A stretch of DNA of 64,000 nt, taken from positions 544,001 through 608,000 of the forward strand of contig CBDFJR010000005.1 of NCBI GenBank assembly GCA_965248535.1, given 5' to 3'. The DNA is from Phormidesmis sp. (GTDB lineage: Bacteria > Cyanobacteriota > Cyanobacteriia > Leptolyngbyales > Leptolyngbyaceae). Each line of letters opens with the position of its first letter. Position 1 is the stretch's first letter. The translations under genes and the position numbers were made by a program. The notes below the pieces were generated by a model. The model worked only from the letters and a program-made list of their open reading frames with translations, was not told the DNA's origin and made no database searches. This document shows, one piece after another, positions 20,784 to 31,633 of the stretch.

Positions 20784-22214
20784 CTACACCCTATCCCCCA
20801 CTCGCCTCAAGAACGCAGCACACTCAACGTGGGCGGTTTGCGGAAAGAAGTCAGCAGGCTGCACGCGCTGAAGCTCATACTCTCCCTCAGCGCAGAGCAG
20901 TTTGAGATCACGGGCAAGCGTCGCCGGGTTGCAGCTTACATAGACGATGCGATCGGGCTTCATGTTGCGAAGCGCCTCAATCACAGAGCCATCACAGCCC
21001 TTGCGAGGCGGATCTAACAGCACGATATCGGGCTTCATCTCTAGAGCAGGCAACCCTGTCTCAACGGTTCCGGTGAGAAAGATCACATTTTCGATGTGGT
21101 TAAGCTCGGCGTTGGTTTTGGCTTGCTCAACGGCTTCGGGCTGCACTTCTAAGCCAATGGCGGTTTTGACTTTTTGGGCGATCGGGAGGGTGAGCGTGCC
21201 AATGCCGCTGTAGGCATCTACAAAGATTTCGGTGCCTTGCAGATTTAGCTCATTTAAGATCACCTGCAACAGGGCTTCGGCTTGCTCGGTGTGCACCTGA
21301 AAGAAGGTGTCGGGCAAAATTTGAAAGGTCAAGCCCAAAAGCCGCTCGTGTAAGTGAGGTTGTCCGGCGATGCAGCGCGTCTCTTTGCCAAAGATGCCGT
21401 TGGTTTTGGCACCGTTCACATTTAATGAGACTCCGACAAGATTGGGATAGCGATCGAGCCAGTCTTGCGCCTGATCATTCATTCCCACCAGGTTGGCATC
21501 TTTGCACACGAGGGTGAGCAGCATCTCTCCGGTGCGTCGTCCGATTCTTAAGCTGAGGTGACGCACTTTGCCGCGATGCAGCTTTTCGTCATAGATGCCC
21601 CAGCCGCGCTTTTGAATGTCTAGCTTGACTTCTGCCAATAGCGGATTGAGTCTTTGATCTTGAATCGGACATTGATTGAGATTGATTAGCTGGTGACTGC
21701 CCTTTTGATAATATCCAGCTTGCACCTGGCCCGTTGCAGATCGGGTCAGGGGATACGTCACCTTGTTGCGATAGTCTAGCGGCTCAGAGACATTCAAAAC
21801 AGGATTGACGTTTAGATTTCTAAACCCGCCGATGCGCTCTAGCGCCTGAACGATTTGATTGCGTTTTGCCTCAAGCTGATAGTCATAATCGACGTGCTGC
21901 CACTGACAGCCGCCACACTTGTCGGCAACAATGCAACTGGGTCGAATGCGGTGAGGCGATCGGGTTAAAATCTCATTTACCTTGCCATTGGCATAGGTCG
22001 GCTTGGTGCGAATCAGACGCACGAGGGCCCGATCGCCCGTGACGGTATCAGGAACGAAGACGACACGCTCTCCGAATCGACCAACGCCATCGCCGCCCTC
22101 AGTAATGTCGGTTATGTCAACTTCGACCAGTTCTCCCTGCTGCCATAGGTCAATAACAGGCACCGTTGAGATAGAGTCTGGGTCAGAAGGCAGTTGTGGA
22201 TCGGAAATGGTCAC
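20784..22214 (-). CDS. rlmD: 23S rRNA (uracil-1939-C5)-methyltransferase
   Basis: TRAM domain, C..CGGC, FFQV, LDPPRKG, YVSCNPATLARD, FFPQTAHVE. Confidence 0.95.
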   Translation of the reverse strand: MTISDPQLPSDPDSISTVPVIDLWQQGELVEVDITDITEGGDGVGRFGERVVFVPDTVTGDRALVRLIRTKPTYANGKVNEILTRSPHRIRPSCIVADKCGGCQWQHVDYDYQLEAKRNQIVQALERIGGFRNLNVNPVLNVSEPLDYRNKVTYPLTRSATGQVQAGYYQKGSHQLINLNQCPIQDQRLNPLLAEVKLDIQKRGWGIYDEKLHRGKVRHLSLRIGRRTGEMLLTLVCKDANLVGMNDQAQDWLDRYPNLVGVSLNVNGAKTNGIFGKETRCIAGQPHLHERLLGLTFQILPDTFFQVHTEQAEALLQVILNELNLQGTEIFVDAYSGIGTLTLPIAQKVKTAIGLEVQPEAVEQAKTNAELNHIENVIFLTGTVETGLPALEMKPDIVLLDPPRKGCDGSVIEALRNMKPDRIVYVSCNPATLARDLKLLCAEGEYELQRVQPADFFPQTAHVECAAFLRRVGDRV

Positions 22215-22390
22215 AGAAAATATTCCTGGTCTAATTATGAATGAACTCTTATTCTCGCTGTTCTGATCGACATCTGACCGAACTCGCTAAAGTCTTGCAA
22301 TTTATCGCAACGATCGCGCCGCAAAATTGGGGCAAGGTTGCCGATCAGGTCAAGGGGTCAACGCTGCCTTTGCCTACCCGGTGGATGGGG

Positions 22391-24097
22391 TTATAGCAGG
22401 GACGTGAGCATAAACAAGTGAGTCAAATTAGTGGGAAGCTCTCGGTTTAGACGCAGTGGCAAGCTAGGAGTCGAGAGCGATTGAGCATAGGCAGGCGTTA
22501 AAAACGGTGCATAGGTGTTGGCTTCTGGGCTAGATTGTTTGATAAAAGCAAGACTGACTCCTTGCAGCAGTTGGCGCAGGGGTGCAACATCCTCACCTCG
22601 ACGCTCTTTGACCAGGGTTCCTTGAACGATCGCGCCTCCAAAACTAGTGGGATCGCTAACGCTGAGGTGAGTACTGCCGATCGCGGTTAACAAATATTTT
22701 GGGCTAGGTAACTGAGCAAAGGGCTGAAGCTGCTGGCTAAGGGCAGGAGCCAGCGTATCGTCCGTTCCGGTCAAAATCAGGCTAGGGGTTGCCACTTGCG
22801 CGAGACCAGATTTACCAAAAATCTGCCCGATCGCGGGGTTGAGAGCGATTACTTGCCCAACTCGTGGGTCTCGCAGGCTGAGACGATGCTCTGATAGTCC
22901 CGCTGCGGCACATTGCAGCCAGTCAGCCGGGACGCGCTGCAACAGATTGCTGCTCTGACAAAATTGGCGCAACTGATCGAGATTGAGTTCTGCCCCTGCT
23001 AGGGCCAAAGCTTCGTAGCCGCCCAACGAATGCCCGATCACGGTCACCTGCTGAGTGTTGAGCTTACCTTGAAGCAACCCCGGTTCTTGATTGAGCCGAG
23101 TCAACTCATCCAAAATAAAGCGAATGTCTTGGGGACGATCGATAAACTCTTTGGCAGGCACTAGTTGATCGAGATTGAGCGCGATCGGTAACCCGTTGCG
23201 AGAGATAGACGGGTGCTCGATCGCGACTACCGTCAAGCCGTGGGATGCCAAATGACGAGCCAGATAGGTTAAAAATTTCCGGTTGGCTTCAAACCCTGGT
23301 ACCAGCACCACCAAAGCACCCTGCGGTTTTTCACTCCAGTAGAGATCGATGGGCAGCCTGCGGTTTCTAGGCTGATCGTAGAGCGTAAAGGTCTGCTGCT
23401 GCACCAAGTCCGCACCCAGAGCGGCGGGATCAAAGCTGGCTTGAAAGGGAGGAGCTTCGGTCTTTAAACTTCGCTCTAGCAATGAACTAATGGCTTGACT
23501 CTTCCAATAAGAAAAATTGAGTTGGGAGGCAATGCCGATCGCTTTCGACACATCGATCGTCACAGTTTCTTGAGGGATCGCTTTGAGCACGGCGATCGCA
23601 TCTAGCCCGTTCGCTTGTCGAGCCGCTAACCAAAAGCCTGCTTGAAGTTGCTCAAGAGTGAGTTCTGGCACCGCTTTTTGCAGCGACGACAAAAGCTGTC
23701 GTCCCGAAGGCGACTTCAACAAATCATCCATGAGTTGACCGCTCAAATTAGGGTCTAACTGCAACCGACTCGTGAGCGATTTTCGCACGGCGGGGGTCAG
23801 CACAGGTGCATAGAGTTGCAGCGCTGAAGAAACCTCTCCAGTGGTTGCAAACCGTTCTAAATCGCCGACAGAAACGGACTGCTCAAACGGGCCCAACCGC
23901 AAATTCAACCGTTCTGCGGTCAACCCTGGAGTGGCGGCTCCGACAACGAGCGCGATCGAGAGACTGCCCAACCAACCAAAAGAGAAGGAGTGCCAAAATC
24001 GTGGCGACCCCTTGCGGGTAACTCGAAGCGATCGCGGCTGTCTTGCTAAAAATCTCAGAGGGCGCTTCACAATTATCATCTGTGCCAGTTGCGTCAT
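22391..24097 (-). CDS. Alpha/beta hydrolase with N-terminal DUF1400-like domain
   Basis: GHSLGG nucleophile, DRPQDI, catalytic H in GSTH; start uncertain. Confidence 0.85.
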   Translation of the reverse strand: MTQLAQMIIVKRPLRFLARQPRSLRVTRKGSPRFWHSFSFGWLGSLSIALVVGAATPGLTAERLNLRLGPFEQSVSVGDLERFATTGEVSSALQLYAPVLTPAVRKSLTSRLQLDPNLSGQLMDDLLKSPSGRQLLSSLQKAVPELTLEQLQAGFWLAARQANGLDAIAVLKAIPQETVTIDVSKAIGIASQLNFSYWKSQAISSLLERSLKTEAPPFQASFDPAALGADLVQQQTFTLYDQPRNRRLPIDLYWSEKPQGALVVLVPGFEANRKFLTYLARHLASHGLTVVAIEHPSISRNGLPIALNLDQLVPAKEFIDRPQDIRFILDELTRLNQEPGLLQGKLNTQQVTVIGHSLGGYEALALAGAELNLDQLRQFCQSSNLLQRVPADWLQCAAAGLSEHRLSLRDPRVGQVIALNPAIGQIFGKSGLAQVATPSLILTGTDDTLAPALSQQLQPFAQLPSPKYLLTAIGSTHLSVSDPTSFGGAIVQGTLVKERRGEDVAPLRQLLQGVSLAFIKQSSPEANTYAPFLTPAYAQSLSTPSLPLRLNRELPTNLTHLFMLTSLL

Positions 24098-24281
24098 TCA
24101 ACCGCTTAATTGTAAGACTGACCCAAATTCTTCGCTCAAGTTCCTACCGATCGCAGCCTCAGTAAACCTAGCCTCGACACAAGAGCATATCACTGTCCCG
24201 CGCTCGGTGCCCGGACTGTGCAAGTAGCCGACATTTTTTCATCCCCGATGACCCTTTGAGCAGAGGTCGTTTAGCGCGATT

Positions 24282-25541
24282 CTAGTCGTCCAAAGCCTCT
24301 GCGATGCCGTCTGTCCCGTCAGGATGTGGCGAATTGATGGGTTCACGCTCAGTTCTCACCCAGGCTTTTTGAGGACGAACGAGAAACCTAAAATAGAGAG
24401 GAATCTTCCAGAGAATGTAGAAGGGGATCGCGAGTAGCTCACGCAAAGGCAGATCAGACCGCCCAAACTTTGCCCAGGCTACAAAAATCGCGCTCATCAG
24501 CATTAGCCCGGCGATCGCCAAAATAACCAGTGGCATCCACGATGCGCCTAGGCACGCAGCTAATAAAGAACCTAGGATCAACCCTAGCCACAAAACAACC
24601 AACAGCGAGAGAGGAGGCACGCACAGATCCAAAGCCAGGGCTAGCAGATCAAAGCGTCTTCCCTGCAACGCAGCTTTTAATAAAACAGGAACATAGGTGC
24701 GAATCGACTGAAGATGCCCATGTTCCCAGCGAGTTCTTTGAGTCTTAGCCGCTCGATCGTGGTGTGGTAATCGACCAATGACCCTGGCATCTGGGCAAAA
24801 AACAGGGGCATATCCCGCGATCGTTAGATCTAAGCCGAGTTTCATATCTTCAACGATGTGACCGCTTGCCAGATCAACCGAGCAAATAACCGACCACGGA
24901 AACGCCATGCCAGTGCCCGTCAGCAGGCATGGCAACCCCAAGCGCACCAACCCACCTGGACGAACAAGATTCTTCACTTTAAAAGCGAAGGCAGAAATAG
25001 ACTGCTTAGGGTTTGAGTGGGCTGGCTTTTCCATCAGATAGGTTGCCTGCATCGGTCGTCCTGTTTCAAGCGCCCTCTGCGTCAGACTCTCAATCGCGTT
25101 TGGCTCAACCTGGCAATCGGCATCAACCATGACCACGACCTCAGGGGGATCGGCTTCAATAAATCGCAATCCATAATCCAGCGCATAGCCTTTGCCGAGT
25201 CGAGTCGAGTCGTGGCGCTCAATCACGATCGCACCTGCTGCACGGGCGACCTCTGCGGTTGCATCACTACAGTTATCTGCAATGACTACGAGGCGATCCT
25301 GATTTTTCAAGATAGCCAACAGCCCAAATAGCGTAGACCCGATGCCCATTTCTTCATTGTGAGCGGGCACCAGCACCACAACCCTGGTAGTTTGCCAGAG
25401 CGATCGACCGAGAGGCGCGGGGGTGGGAAAAAGAGCGGCAATGCACTCAGTCAACAGAATAAGGCTGAGAAATAAGATGCCCAATGCAGCAACACACAGA
25501 ACGGTGTTAACCCCGAACATCAAAAGTTGACTCATCAACAT
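24282..25541 (-). CDS. GT2 membrane glycosyltransferase
   Basis: PAHNEE, ADNCSD, GKGYAL, DAD, VED, QRTRW. Confidence 0.9.
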   Translation of the reverse strand: MLMSQLLMFGVNTVLCVAALGILFLSLILLTECIAALFPTPAPLGRSLWQTTRVVVLVPAHNEEMGIGSTLFGLLAILKNQDRLVVIADNCSDATAEVARAAGAIVIERHDSTRLGKGYALDYGLRFIEADPPEVVVMVDADCQVEPNAIESLTQRALETGRPMQATYLMEKPAHSNPKQSISAFAFKVKNLVRPGGLVRLGLPCLLTGTGMAFPWSVICSVDLASGHIVEDMKLGLDLTIAGYAPVFCPDARVIGRLPHHDRAAKTQRTRWEHGHLQSIRTYVPVLLKAALQGRRFDLLALALDLCVPPLSLLVVLWLGLILGSLLAACLGASWMPLVILAIAGLMLMSAIFVAWAKFGRSDLPLRELLAIPFYILWKIPLYFRFLVRPQKAWVRTEREPINSPHPDGTDGIAEALDD

Positions 25542-25658
25542 CTAGCGATCACCCCGATCTATTCGGATAAAGATAAATTCAAGCTCAAAAGCCCTGAGTT
25601 AGAGAACCCTCCAGAATCAGCGTCAGGGACAAACCCTGCTGTGCCCACACTCTGCGTT

Positions 25659-26495
25659 CTATAAACCCTTTAGCTTGTGGTGACCCACGATCGTGTCGAT
25701 AGGTCGAGGTAGAACCGGGCGAGAGTGTTTCTCAGAAGACCAGGGATCGCGATAGAGATTAAATCGTTGCTTGAAAATCAGCCAAAAAAACGGCAGGTCA
25801 TCAATCATATATCGCTTCCAGAGCCTTTTGGGTTCGCAAAAAGTTCTATACAACCACTCTAAACCCACTTGACTCATCCACTGGGGAGATCGGGGAATGT
25901 TGCCAGCCTCAAAGTCGATCGTGGCACCCACTGCAAAAAAGAGCTTGACGTTTTTTAGCTGATCTTTATATTTAGTGAGCCAGATTTCTTGCTTGGGAGC
26001 GCCTACCCCGATCGCGAGAACGGTTGCGCCCGATCGATTGATTAACTCGATCGCTTTTTGGCACTCCTCTTCATCTTTCTCAAAGCCAAAAGTGGGGGAA
26101 TATGAAGCAACCACAATATCTCGCCCCACCTTTGAGTTAATCTTTCTTTGAGCTTGCCTTGCAATGCCTGGAGCCGCCCCTAATAGAAAAATTTTGATGG
26201 TTTTGTCATGCTTATAGTAGGTGTAAAAAGCTGGAAAGAGATCTGAGCCTGAGAGCTTTTCTGGGAGCGGCGTACCCAGAAAGTTAGAGACATAAAGCAA
26301 GACCTGGCTATCACAAACTCGGTAATCACTTGCTTGATAAGCTAGATAGAAATCTTTGTCTTTTTGCAGCTTGATGAGGTGATCTACATTTGCAGTAAAG
26401 ACAACACCCCCAAAACGCAGTTTGTCCAGTAACTCAACCATCGTGAGGTTATGGACACCAATATTAAGTAACTTGACCTGACCCATCGCACCCAT
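25659..26495 (-). CDS. WecB/TagA/CpsF (GT26) glycosyltransferase
   Basis: T.NVDH, GSDL, GAPKQE, GATIDF, GLEWLYR..EPKRLWKRY. Confidence 0.92.
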   Translation of the reverse strand: MGAMGQVKLLNIGVHNLTMVELLDKLRFGGVVFTANVDHLIKLQKDKDFYLAYQASDYRVCDSQVLLYVSNFLGTPLPEKLSGSDLFPAFYTYYKHDKTIKIFLLGAAPGIARQAQRKINSKVGRDIVVASYSPTFGFEKDEEECQKAIELINRSGATVLAIGVGAPKQEIWLTKYKDQLKNVKLFFAVGATIDFEAGNIPRSPQWMSQVGLEWLYRTFCEPKRLWKRYMIDDLPFFWLIFKQRFNLYRDPWSSEKHSRPVLPRPIDTIVGHHKLKGL

Positions 26496-27215
26496 CTAAA
26501 GTCTCCTATTCTACTTTCGGCACACAAAGCTGAGAGCAGCTAAGGTTTCTACTAAAGAGTTGAGCAACATCACCACTGGTGTGGTGCACATTGAAGCAAA
26601 AAAGCCTGATTAAACCTGACTTTATGTTTGATCCTTCCTAGCCTAATAGTTTAGGGATAAGAGGCAAAAGCTTCTGCACGTTTATCTTTCAGCCTTGATC
26701 AACCATCAAGATAATGGCCCAACTTTAGCTTATTTGTAAAATAAACTTGGTACGTGTAATTTAGGTGGGTTTAGAAAGAGAGTCAATTGACCTGTCTGCA
26801 TATTTACTGAATCTTTACTGGCAGTTTCAATTGTTTTTTACAAAATAAGTTGTGAGGTTATATAAGTTGTTGAACCGCTCGATTGAGATAGTTAAATTTA
26901 CTTATATTTTTGTTAGATATTTAATCGTGAGCTTCGGTAGTAGTGAAGAAGCTAATGTTATGAGTCAAGAAAATCGATGACAAGCAACACTTAATTAAGC
27001 TTGTCAATGAGAGGATATAAGGTTTGGTAGTGTAATGGTCTAGTTCATTCAAAACTTTAGGTAGGCTTAGATCTACAGCAAATAAGTCTCAGTCCTCCTA
27101 CCTTGCCGTAAAATATCTCGCCGTAAAAAATAATGCCAAAACGCCCATCTTTAGAAGCATTTTGCTGTAGGAATAGGGCGTGATTTACTCATTAAACTAT
27201 TAGGAGAAACCTTGT

Positions 27216-28112
27216 TTAGGCAGACCTAGATTCATAGTTTTGAGAACTCTTGACAAAAGCTTCATACCGTTCTGGAGAGATATTTGCTTTGGCCGATATC
27301 ATGATGGCCTTCGCTCGTGGCGGCATCCCCAATAGAAATTTTTGCAACTCCTCATCTGATAGGGGTCGATCTCCCCAATATTCATGACAGATGCCTTCTG
27401 TGTCGTAGAAGTGACCAGACTGCTGTTGAAGGACGCGATCGACAAACGTGCCGTATAACAAGTATTCAGATAAATGCCACGAGTTGCAGACCGCTTCGAT
27501 CCATCCTCGTCCAGAAACTTTTTCAAGGTGTCGATGCAGTTTTAGGGCATTGTCTCGCCTCCAAGTGATGACTTGCCCAACGTATCCTGGCTTGGGGAGG
27601 GGAGTTGCAGGTAACCCCAGCAGTCGGTCTGTGGCGTTGAGCCACTTATCTTGAACTGGAAATTCTGCTGCAAACTCTGAGGTTAGCTGGTTGGGAATGT
27701 GCAGAAGTCGCACCCGATCGCCATCCACAAAACTTTCTAAACTCATAGGTCGGATAAATGTCACATCTGAATCGATGTAGACCAAGATATCTTCGCTGAC
27801 CTGTTGAGGAACAGCGAGCTTAACAACCTGTTGCAGCAGCCAATTGCGGACAAATCCAGTTTTAAAGTTTAACCAGCCATTTTTAACGATCGGAAGGCGC
27901 TGAACCCACCAAGGCAATATTGACTCAACGGTAACAATTTCTGTGTTGGACTTTTTTAGTTGATTAAAAAGAACCCGATCTTTAGCGGGCACAATAATGT
28001 AATGAGTTACAGAAGGAGCTACAAACCGTTCGATGCTCCAGGATAGTAATTGGCAACGCTCAAAATCTGGAGCATAGCTAGGAGTAATAATGGCAGAACT
28101 AAACGTGCTCAT
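27216..28112 (-). CDS. EPS-associated protein (DUF6492-like, putative GT-A fold)
   Basis: ITPSY..DFERC, W..QQ..KL, DSD, SEY.LYG.F. Confidence 0.7.
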   Translation of the reverse strand: MSTFSSAIITPSYAPDFERCQLLSWSIERFVAPSVTHYIIVPAKDRVLFNQLKKSNTEIVTVESILPWWVQRLPIVKNGWLNFKTGFVRNWLLQQVVKLAVPQQVSEDILVYIDSDVTFIRPMSLESFVDGDRVRLLHIPNQLTSEFAAEFPVQDKWLNATDRLLGLPATPLPKPGYVGQVITWRRDNALKLHRHLEKVSGRGWIEAVCNSWHLSEYLLYGTFVDRVLQQQSGHFYDTEGICHEYWGDRPLSDEELQKFLLGMPPRAKAIMISAKANISPERYEAFVKSSQNYESRSA

Positions 28113-28152
28113 AGTGAATGATATAGATAAGATCGGTTGAGTTTTTCAAGGA

Positions 28153-29115
28153 TTATGGCGGGCTTTGAAGGATTCTTGCATCTAACATATCTAAGATTTT
28201 GCTGTCTTGATTTGGCTCAAACTTCCTTGCGAAATGAATGTTGTTTTGAACAATTGCCGGATAATCTTGGGCGCTGAGAGTGCGAGGTCGGCTACTATCA
28301 TTTTCACTGGCAAAGTCAAGATATCGCTTGCAATCATTGCAAAAATTAAATAGGTTGCTGTTGATTAAGATAGTTTGTAGAAATGACTCGTTTGGGCAGA
28401 CCGTTCTTCGATAATAGTTAACTATTTGCGGATTTTCTTGTGAAAAATTATACAGATATTTAACACACTTACTAGAAAGCGCATGATAGTAGGAGCCACC
28501 GTAGCAGGAGAATTTGCGATCAAATATCGGTGAGTGAGCATTAGTGCCGACCATCAAACAGTCATAGATAGAAAAAATTCTTAGAAAAGGCTGAATTTTT
28601 GCGATCGCGACTTCTAATCGACCCAGCGCTTTACTTTGAATGGTCTGATTAGAGATCACAAGACCCGATCGCCAGTACTGATATAAATAACGGCTACGCC
28701 CTTCCCGACTTCCCCAAGGATTTTCTTTAGCGTCAGAAAAAGCTTCAAAATGTTCGAGAAAGCCGTCATATTCGGTCAGTTCTAGAAACTGCTCAATCAC
28801 AGAAAGTGGCTGAGTTGGATAATCTTGACCAGACAGATTAATCACCCAGTCAAATTGGATTTGATGATCGTAAGCCCACCCGATCGCGTCGAGATAGCCC
28901 TGAAGCATTGAGAAATCTCCACGACCGCCTTTGCCATTGAGCTTAAGCACTTGAGCGCCCAGCCCTTGCAGGGGTTTCTCATCTAGATGACTGACGGTAT
29001 AGTCGTGGCTAATAATAATTTCAGAACTCGGACTCGATCGCTTGATAATTTGCACCAAACGCTGAATTTGTTCTGGAGATTTAAACGTTTGAATAATATA
29101 AAGTATCTTGATCAT
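28153..29115 (-). CDS. GT14 core-2/I-branching-type glycosyltransferase
   Basis: NLSGQDYP, GGS, P.ESFLQT, FARKF. Confidence 0.85.
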   Translation of the reverse strand: MIKILYIIQTFKSPEQIQRLVQIIKRSSPSSEIIISHDYTVSHLDEKPLQGLGAQVLKLNGKGGRGDFSMLQGYLDAIGWAYDHQIQFDWVINLSGQDYPTQPLSVIEQFLELTEYDGFLEHFEAFSDAKENPWGSREGRSRYLYQYWRSGLVISNQTIQSKALGRLEVAIAKIQPFLRIFSIYDCLMVGTNAHSPIFDRKFSCYGGSYYHALSSKCVKYLYNFSQENPQIVNYYRRTVCPNESFLQTILINSNLFNFCNDCKRYLDFASENDSSRPRTLSAQDYPAIVQNNIHFARKFEPNQDSKILDMLDARILQSPP

Positions 29116-29165
29116 GACTTATTTTCTAGAGAGAGATTAGTTTCATTTTGAGAGGTTTGGGTTGA

Positions 29166-30155
29166 TTAACTTGACCCAGTTCGTTTAGTTGTAAATCTCT
29201 CGATCTGTTGATAAGTAGATTGAGGTAAAAGCTTGAGTAGATAGGCAGCAGCTAGTGTCATCACAGTTCGTCGAGGTTGTTCTAAAACAATTTTCCAGTG
29301 ACTGATCAAAGCACGATGGATGAGATTAATAGCCATCGAACTGGATTTCATCCGCACGGCACTTCGAGCCAGGTATCGAAGCATATAAGCCCTAGCCGAA
29401 CCCTCCCATTCAGCAATCAGGTCGGGCGCATAGGTTCGGGTTTTCTCAAGCACCTTTTCTAGAAAATTAAACTGCTTGAGCAGGTTAGCAGACAGCCCTC
29501 CTGAGTTAACTCGATAAAGGGTCAAAACGTCAGAAATCCCCTCAATTTGCCACTCAGTTTGAATGGCGATGCGTAGCCAGCATTCAAGATCTTCAGCTTG
29601 TCGAAACTGCTCGTCAAAATAAAACGTTTCTTCACTTCCAAAGAGATTGCCCTGAAATGCGATCGCATCCAACACGTCTCGTTTTAACACCGCCGCCGAA
29701 CCGTTGCCGATCGGGTTGTCTCGCAGCAGATCAGGGGGCGTAATTCCAACCAATTTGGGCTTTGTGTAGGTGCCTGAACGAGTTCCAGATTCGTCAATAA
29801 ATTCAGAGCGGCTAAAACTAAGTCCTACATTTAGAGAACTTTCTAAGTGGTGAACGTGTTTTTCTAATTTATTAGGCAGCCAAAGATCATCGCCATCTAA
29901 AAAAGCCAGATAAGTGCCTTGAGCGTGACGAATTCCTGTATTTCTAGCGCCCGCTAGCCCGCGATTGGCTTGACGGATGACTGTGATGCGGGGATCAGTG
30001 AATTGTTGGCACACTTCAACACTGCGATCGGGAGACCCATCATCAATCACAATAAGCTCAAAGTTTTCATAAGTTTGATTCAAAACTGACTGAATTGTGG
30101 ACTTAATATAACTTTCAACTTTATAGACAGGAACAATAACTGAAACTTTTTTCAT
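29166..30155 (-). CDS. GT2 glycosyltransferase
   Basis: VSVIVPVY, DDGSPD, ARNTG, FLDGDD, ED. Confidence 0.92.
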   Translation of the reverse strand: MKKVSVIVPVYKVESYIKSTIQSVLNQTYENFELIVIDDGSPDRSVEVCQQFTDPRITVIRQANRGLAGARNTGIRHAQGTYLAFLDGDDLWLPNKLEKHVHHLESSLNVGLSFSRSEFIDESGTRSGTYTKPKLVGITPPDLLRDNPIGNGSAAVLKRDVLDAIAFQGNLFGSEETFYFDEQFRQAEDLECWLRIAIQTEWQIEGISDVLTLYRVNSGGLSANLLKQFNFLEKVLEKTRTYAPDLIAEWEGSARAYMLRYLARSAVRMKSSSMAINLIHRALISHWKIVLEQPRRTVMTLAAAYLLKLLPQSTYQQIERFTTKRTGSS

Positions 30156-30190
30156 AGTCCAATATCAGTAATTTTTAATGAACAAATTTC

Positions 30191-31459
30191 TCAATGTTTA
30201 GGCTTAAAAAAGACCGATCGAGTGGCCCAAAGGGTAAATAAGGGCATCGCTATCAGATGAATCATCAGAACAGCCGCCGCAACGCCCACTGCCTGCCAGT
30301 GCACACCAATCAGGAGCGCAGCTAAAAACAGAATGCTGAACAACACATCCCAACGCAACACCAAATGAGGCTTATCAACGGCTATTAACAATTGAGAAGC
30401 AGCTTCTGCAAAGGGTCGAGGAATCGCTGATAGACAGATCAGCATCAGCACCGGAACGGCGACAACCCACTTAGGGCTAAACAGAATTGGCACATAGATG
30501 GGAGCCAAGCTGACTTGCAGCAAAACGAGAGGAATAATCACAAAGGCGATTGTTTTAAGACCATTGAAATAACGCTGTTTAAACGTCTCAAACTCCGATC
30601 GTGCTTCACAAAGGTAAGGGAAGATTGCCGTTCCGAGGGCACTGGTGATGCTTAAACTGATTCCTAACCCTGCATTAAAACCAAAAAAATAAATCCCTAA
30701 TTGTTCAATCCCCAAAAATCGGCCGACAATTAAATAATCTAAGTTATTTCTGACCGCTTTTAGAAGTTGTCCTCCTAAAATATTTTTGCCAAAGCCAGCG
30801 ATCTCACTCCAGCGATGGGTCGTAAACCCAGAGGTCGGCTTCCAGTCGTGATTGATGTTGTAGATCACCACACCAACGGGAGCCACTAGCACCCCTGGTA
30901 GCACGATCGACCACAAGCCAAAATGCTGAGAGGCCAGAACTGCCGAAAGAATATAGCTGAGAGAGTTTTGCACCGTGTTGTGAATTGCCGTGATCTTCAA
31001 CCGATTTTCTCGTTGAATTAACGCATTCTTAACGGCAGATAATGGCCAAATTAAGTAGGGTGCCCCAGCCACACAAATCGGTAAGATCAAGCGGCTGTCG
31101 TGGTAAAACCAGGAAACCGGGAAAGCAACCAGACTTTGAATGATAAATAGACTGACAAAAATCACCCAGTTTAACCAATAGCCAGAGTTGCTCAGTTCAT
31201 TAACGTTCTCGTCGTCAGCCTGGATGATCTTCGCATTTACGCCAAAATCCATGAATACACGGGTGAATTCTGAAACCGCTAGCACGATCGCGGCCAAGCC
31301 ATAATCATAAGAGTTTAGAAAGCGTGCCAAAACTACCACGACTCCTAAGCGGCAAATGCGGGGGATCAATTCTGAAAGCCCTAGCCAGCTAATATTGCGA
31401 ATAAACTGGCTAGAAAACTTTGCCCTGACTTTGCTGCTGAGTTGCTCTATAAAGCCCAT
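30191..31459 (-). CDS. wzx: Wzx-type polysaccharide flippase
   Basis: Many TM helices; VLARFL...YG; NLDYLIVGRFLG..LGIY. Confidence 0.85.
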   Translation of the reverse strand: MGFIEQLSSKVRAKFSSQFIRNISWLGLSELIPRICRLGVVVVLARFLNSYDYGLAAIVLAVSEFTRVFMDFGVNAKIIQADDENVNELSNSGYWLNWVIFVSLFIIQSLVAFPVSWFYHDSRLILPICVAGAPYLIWPLSAVKNALIQRENRLKITAIHNTVQNSLSYILSAVLASQHFGLWSIVLPGVLVAPVGVVIYNINHDWKPTSGFTTHRWSEIAGFGKNILGGQLLKAVRNNLDYLIVGRFLGIEQLGIYFFGFNAGLGISLSITSALGTAIFPYLCEARSEFETFKQRYFNGLKTIAFVIIPLVLLQVSLAPIYVPILFSPKWVVAVPVLMLICLSAIPRPFAEAASQLLIAVDKPHLVLRWDVLFSILFLAALLIGVHWQAVGVAAAVLMIHLIAMPLFTLWATRSVFFKPKH

Positions 31460-31633
31460 AATTTGAGGTAGTTGGATAATAAGTAGAATGCCTGGCACTC
31501 AACAGAATAGAGCAACTGTCTACGGACAAAAGCTTGATTAGCAGAATAAAATATGGAGATTTTCGATCTTTAGAAACTGCACCTCTGATCCATCACTAGA
31601 CCAGTACTCCCCATATCTTCTAGAAAATAACCT

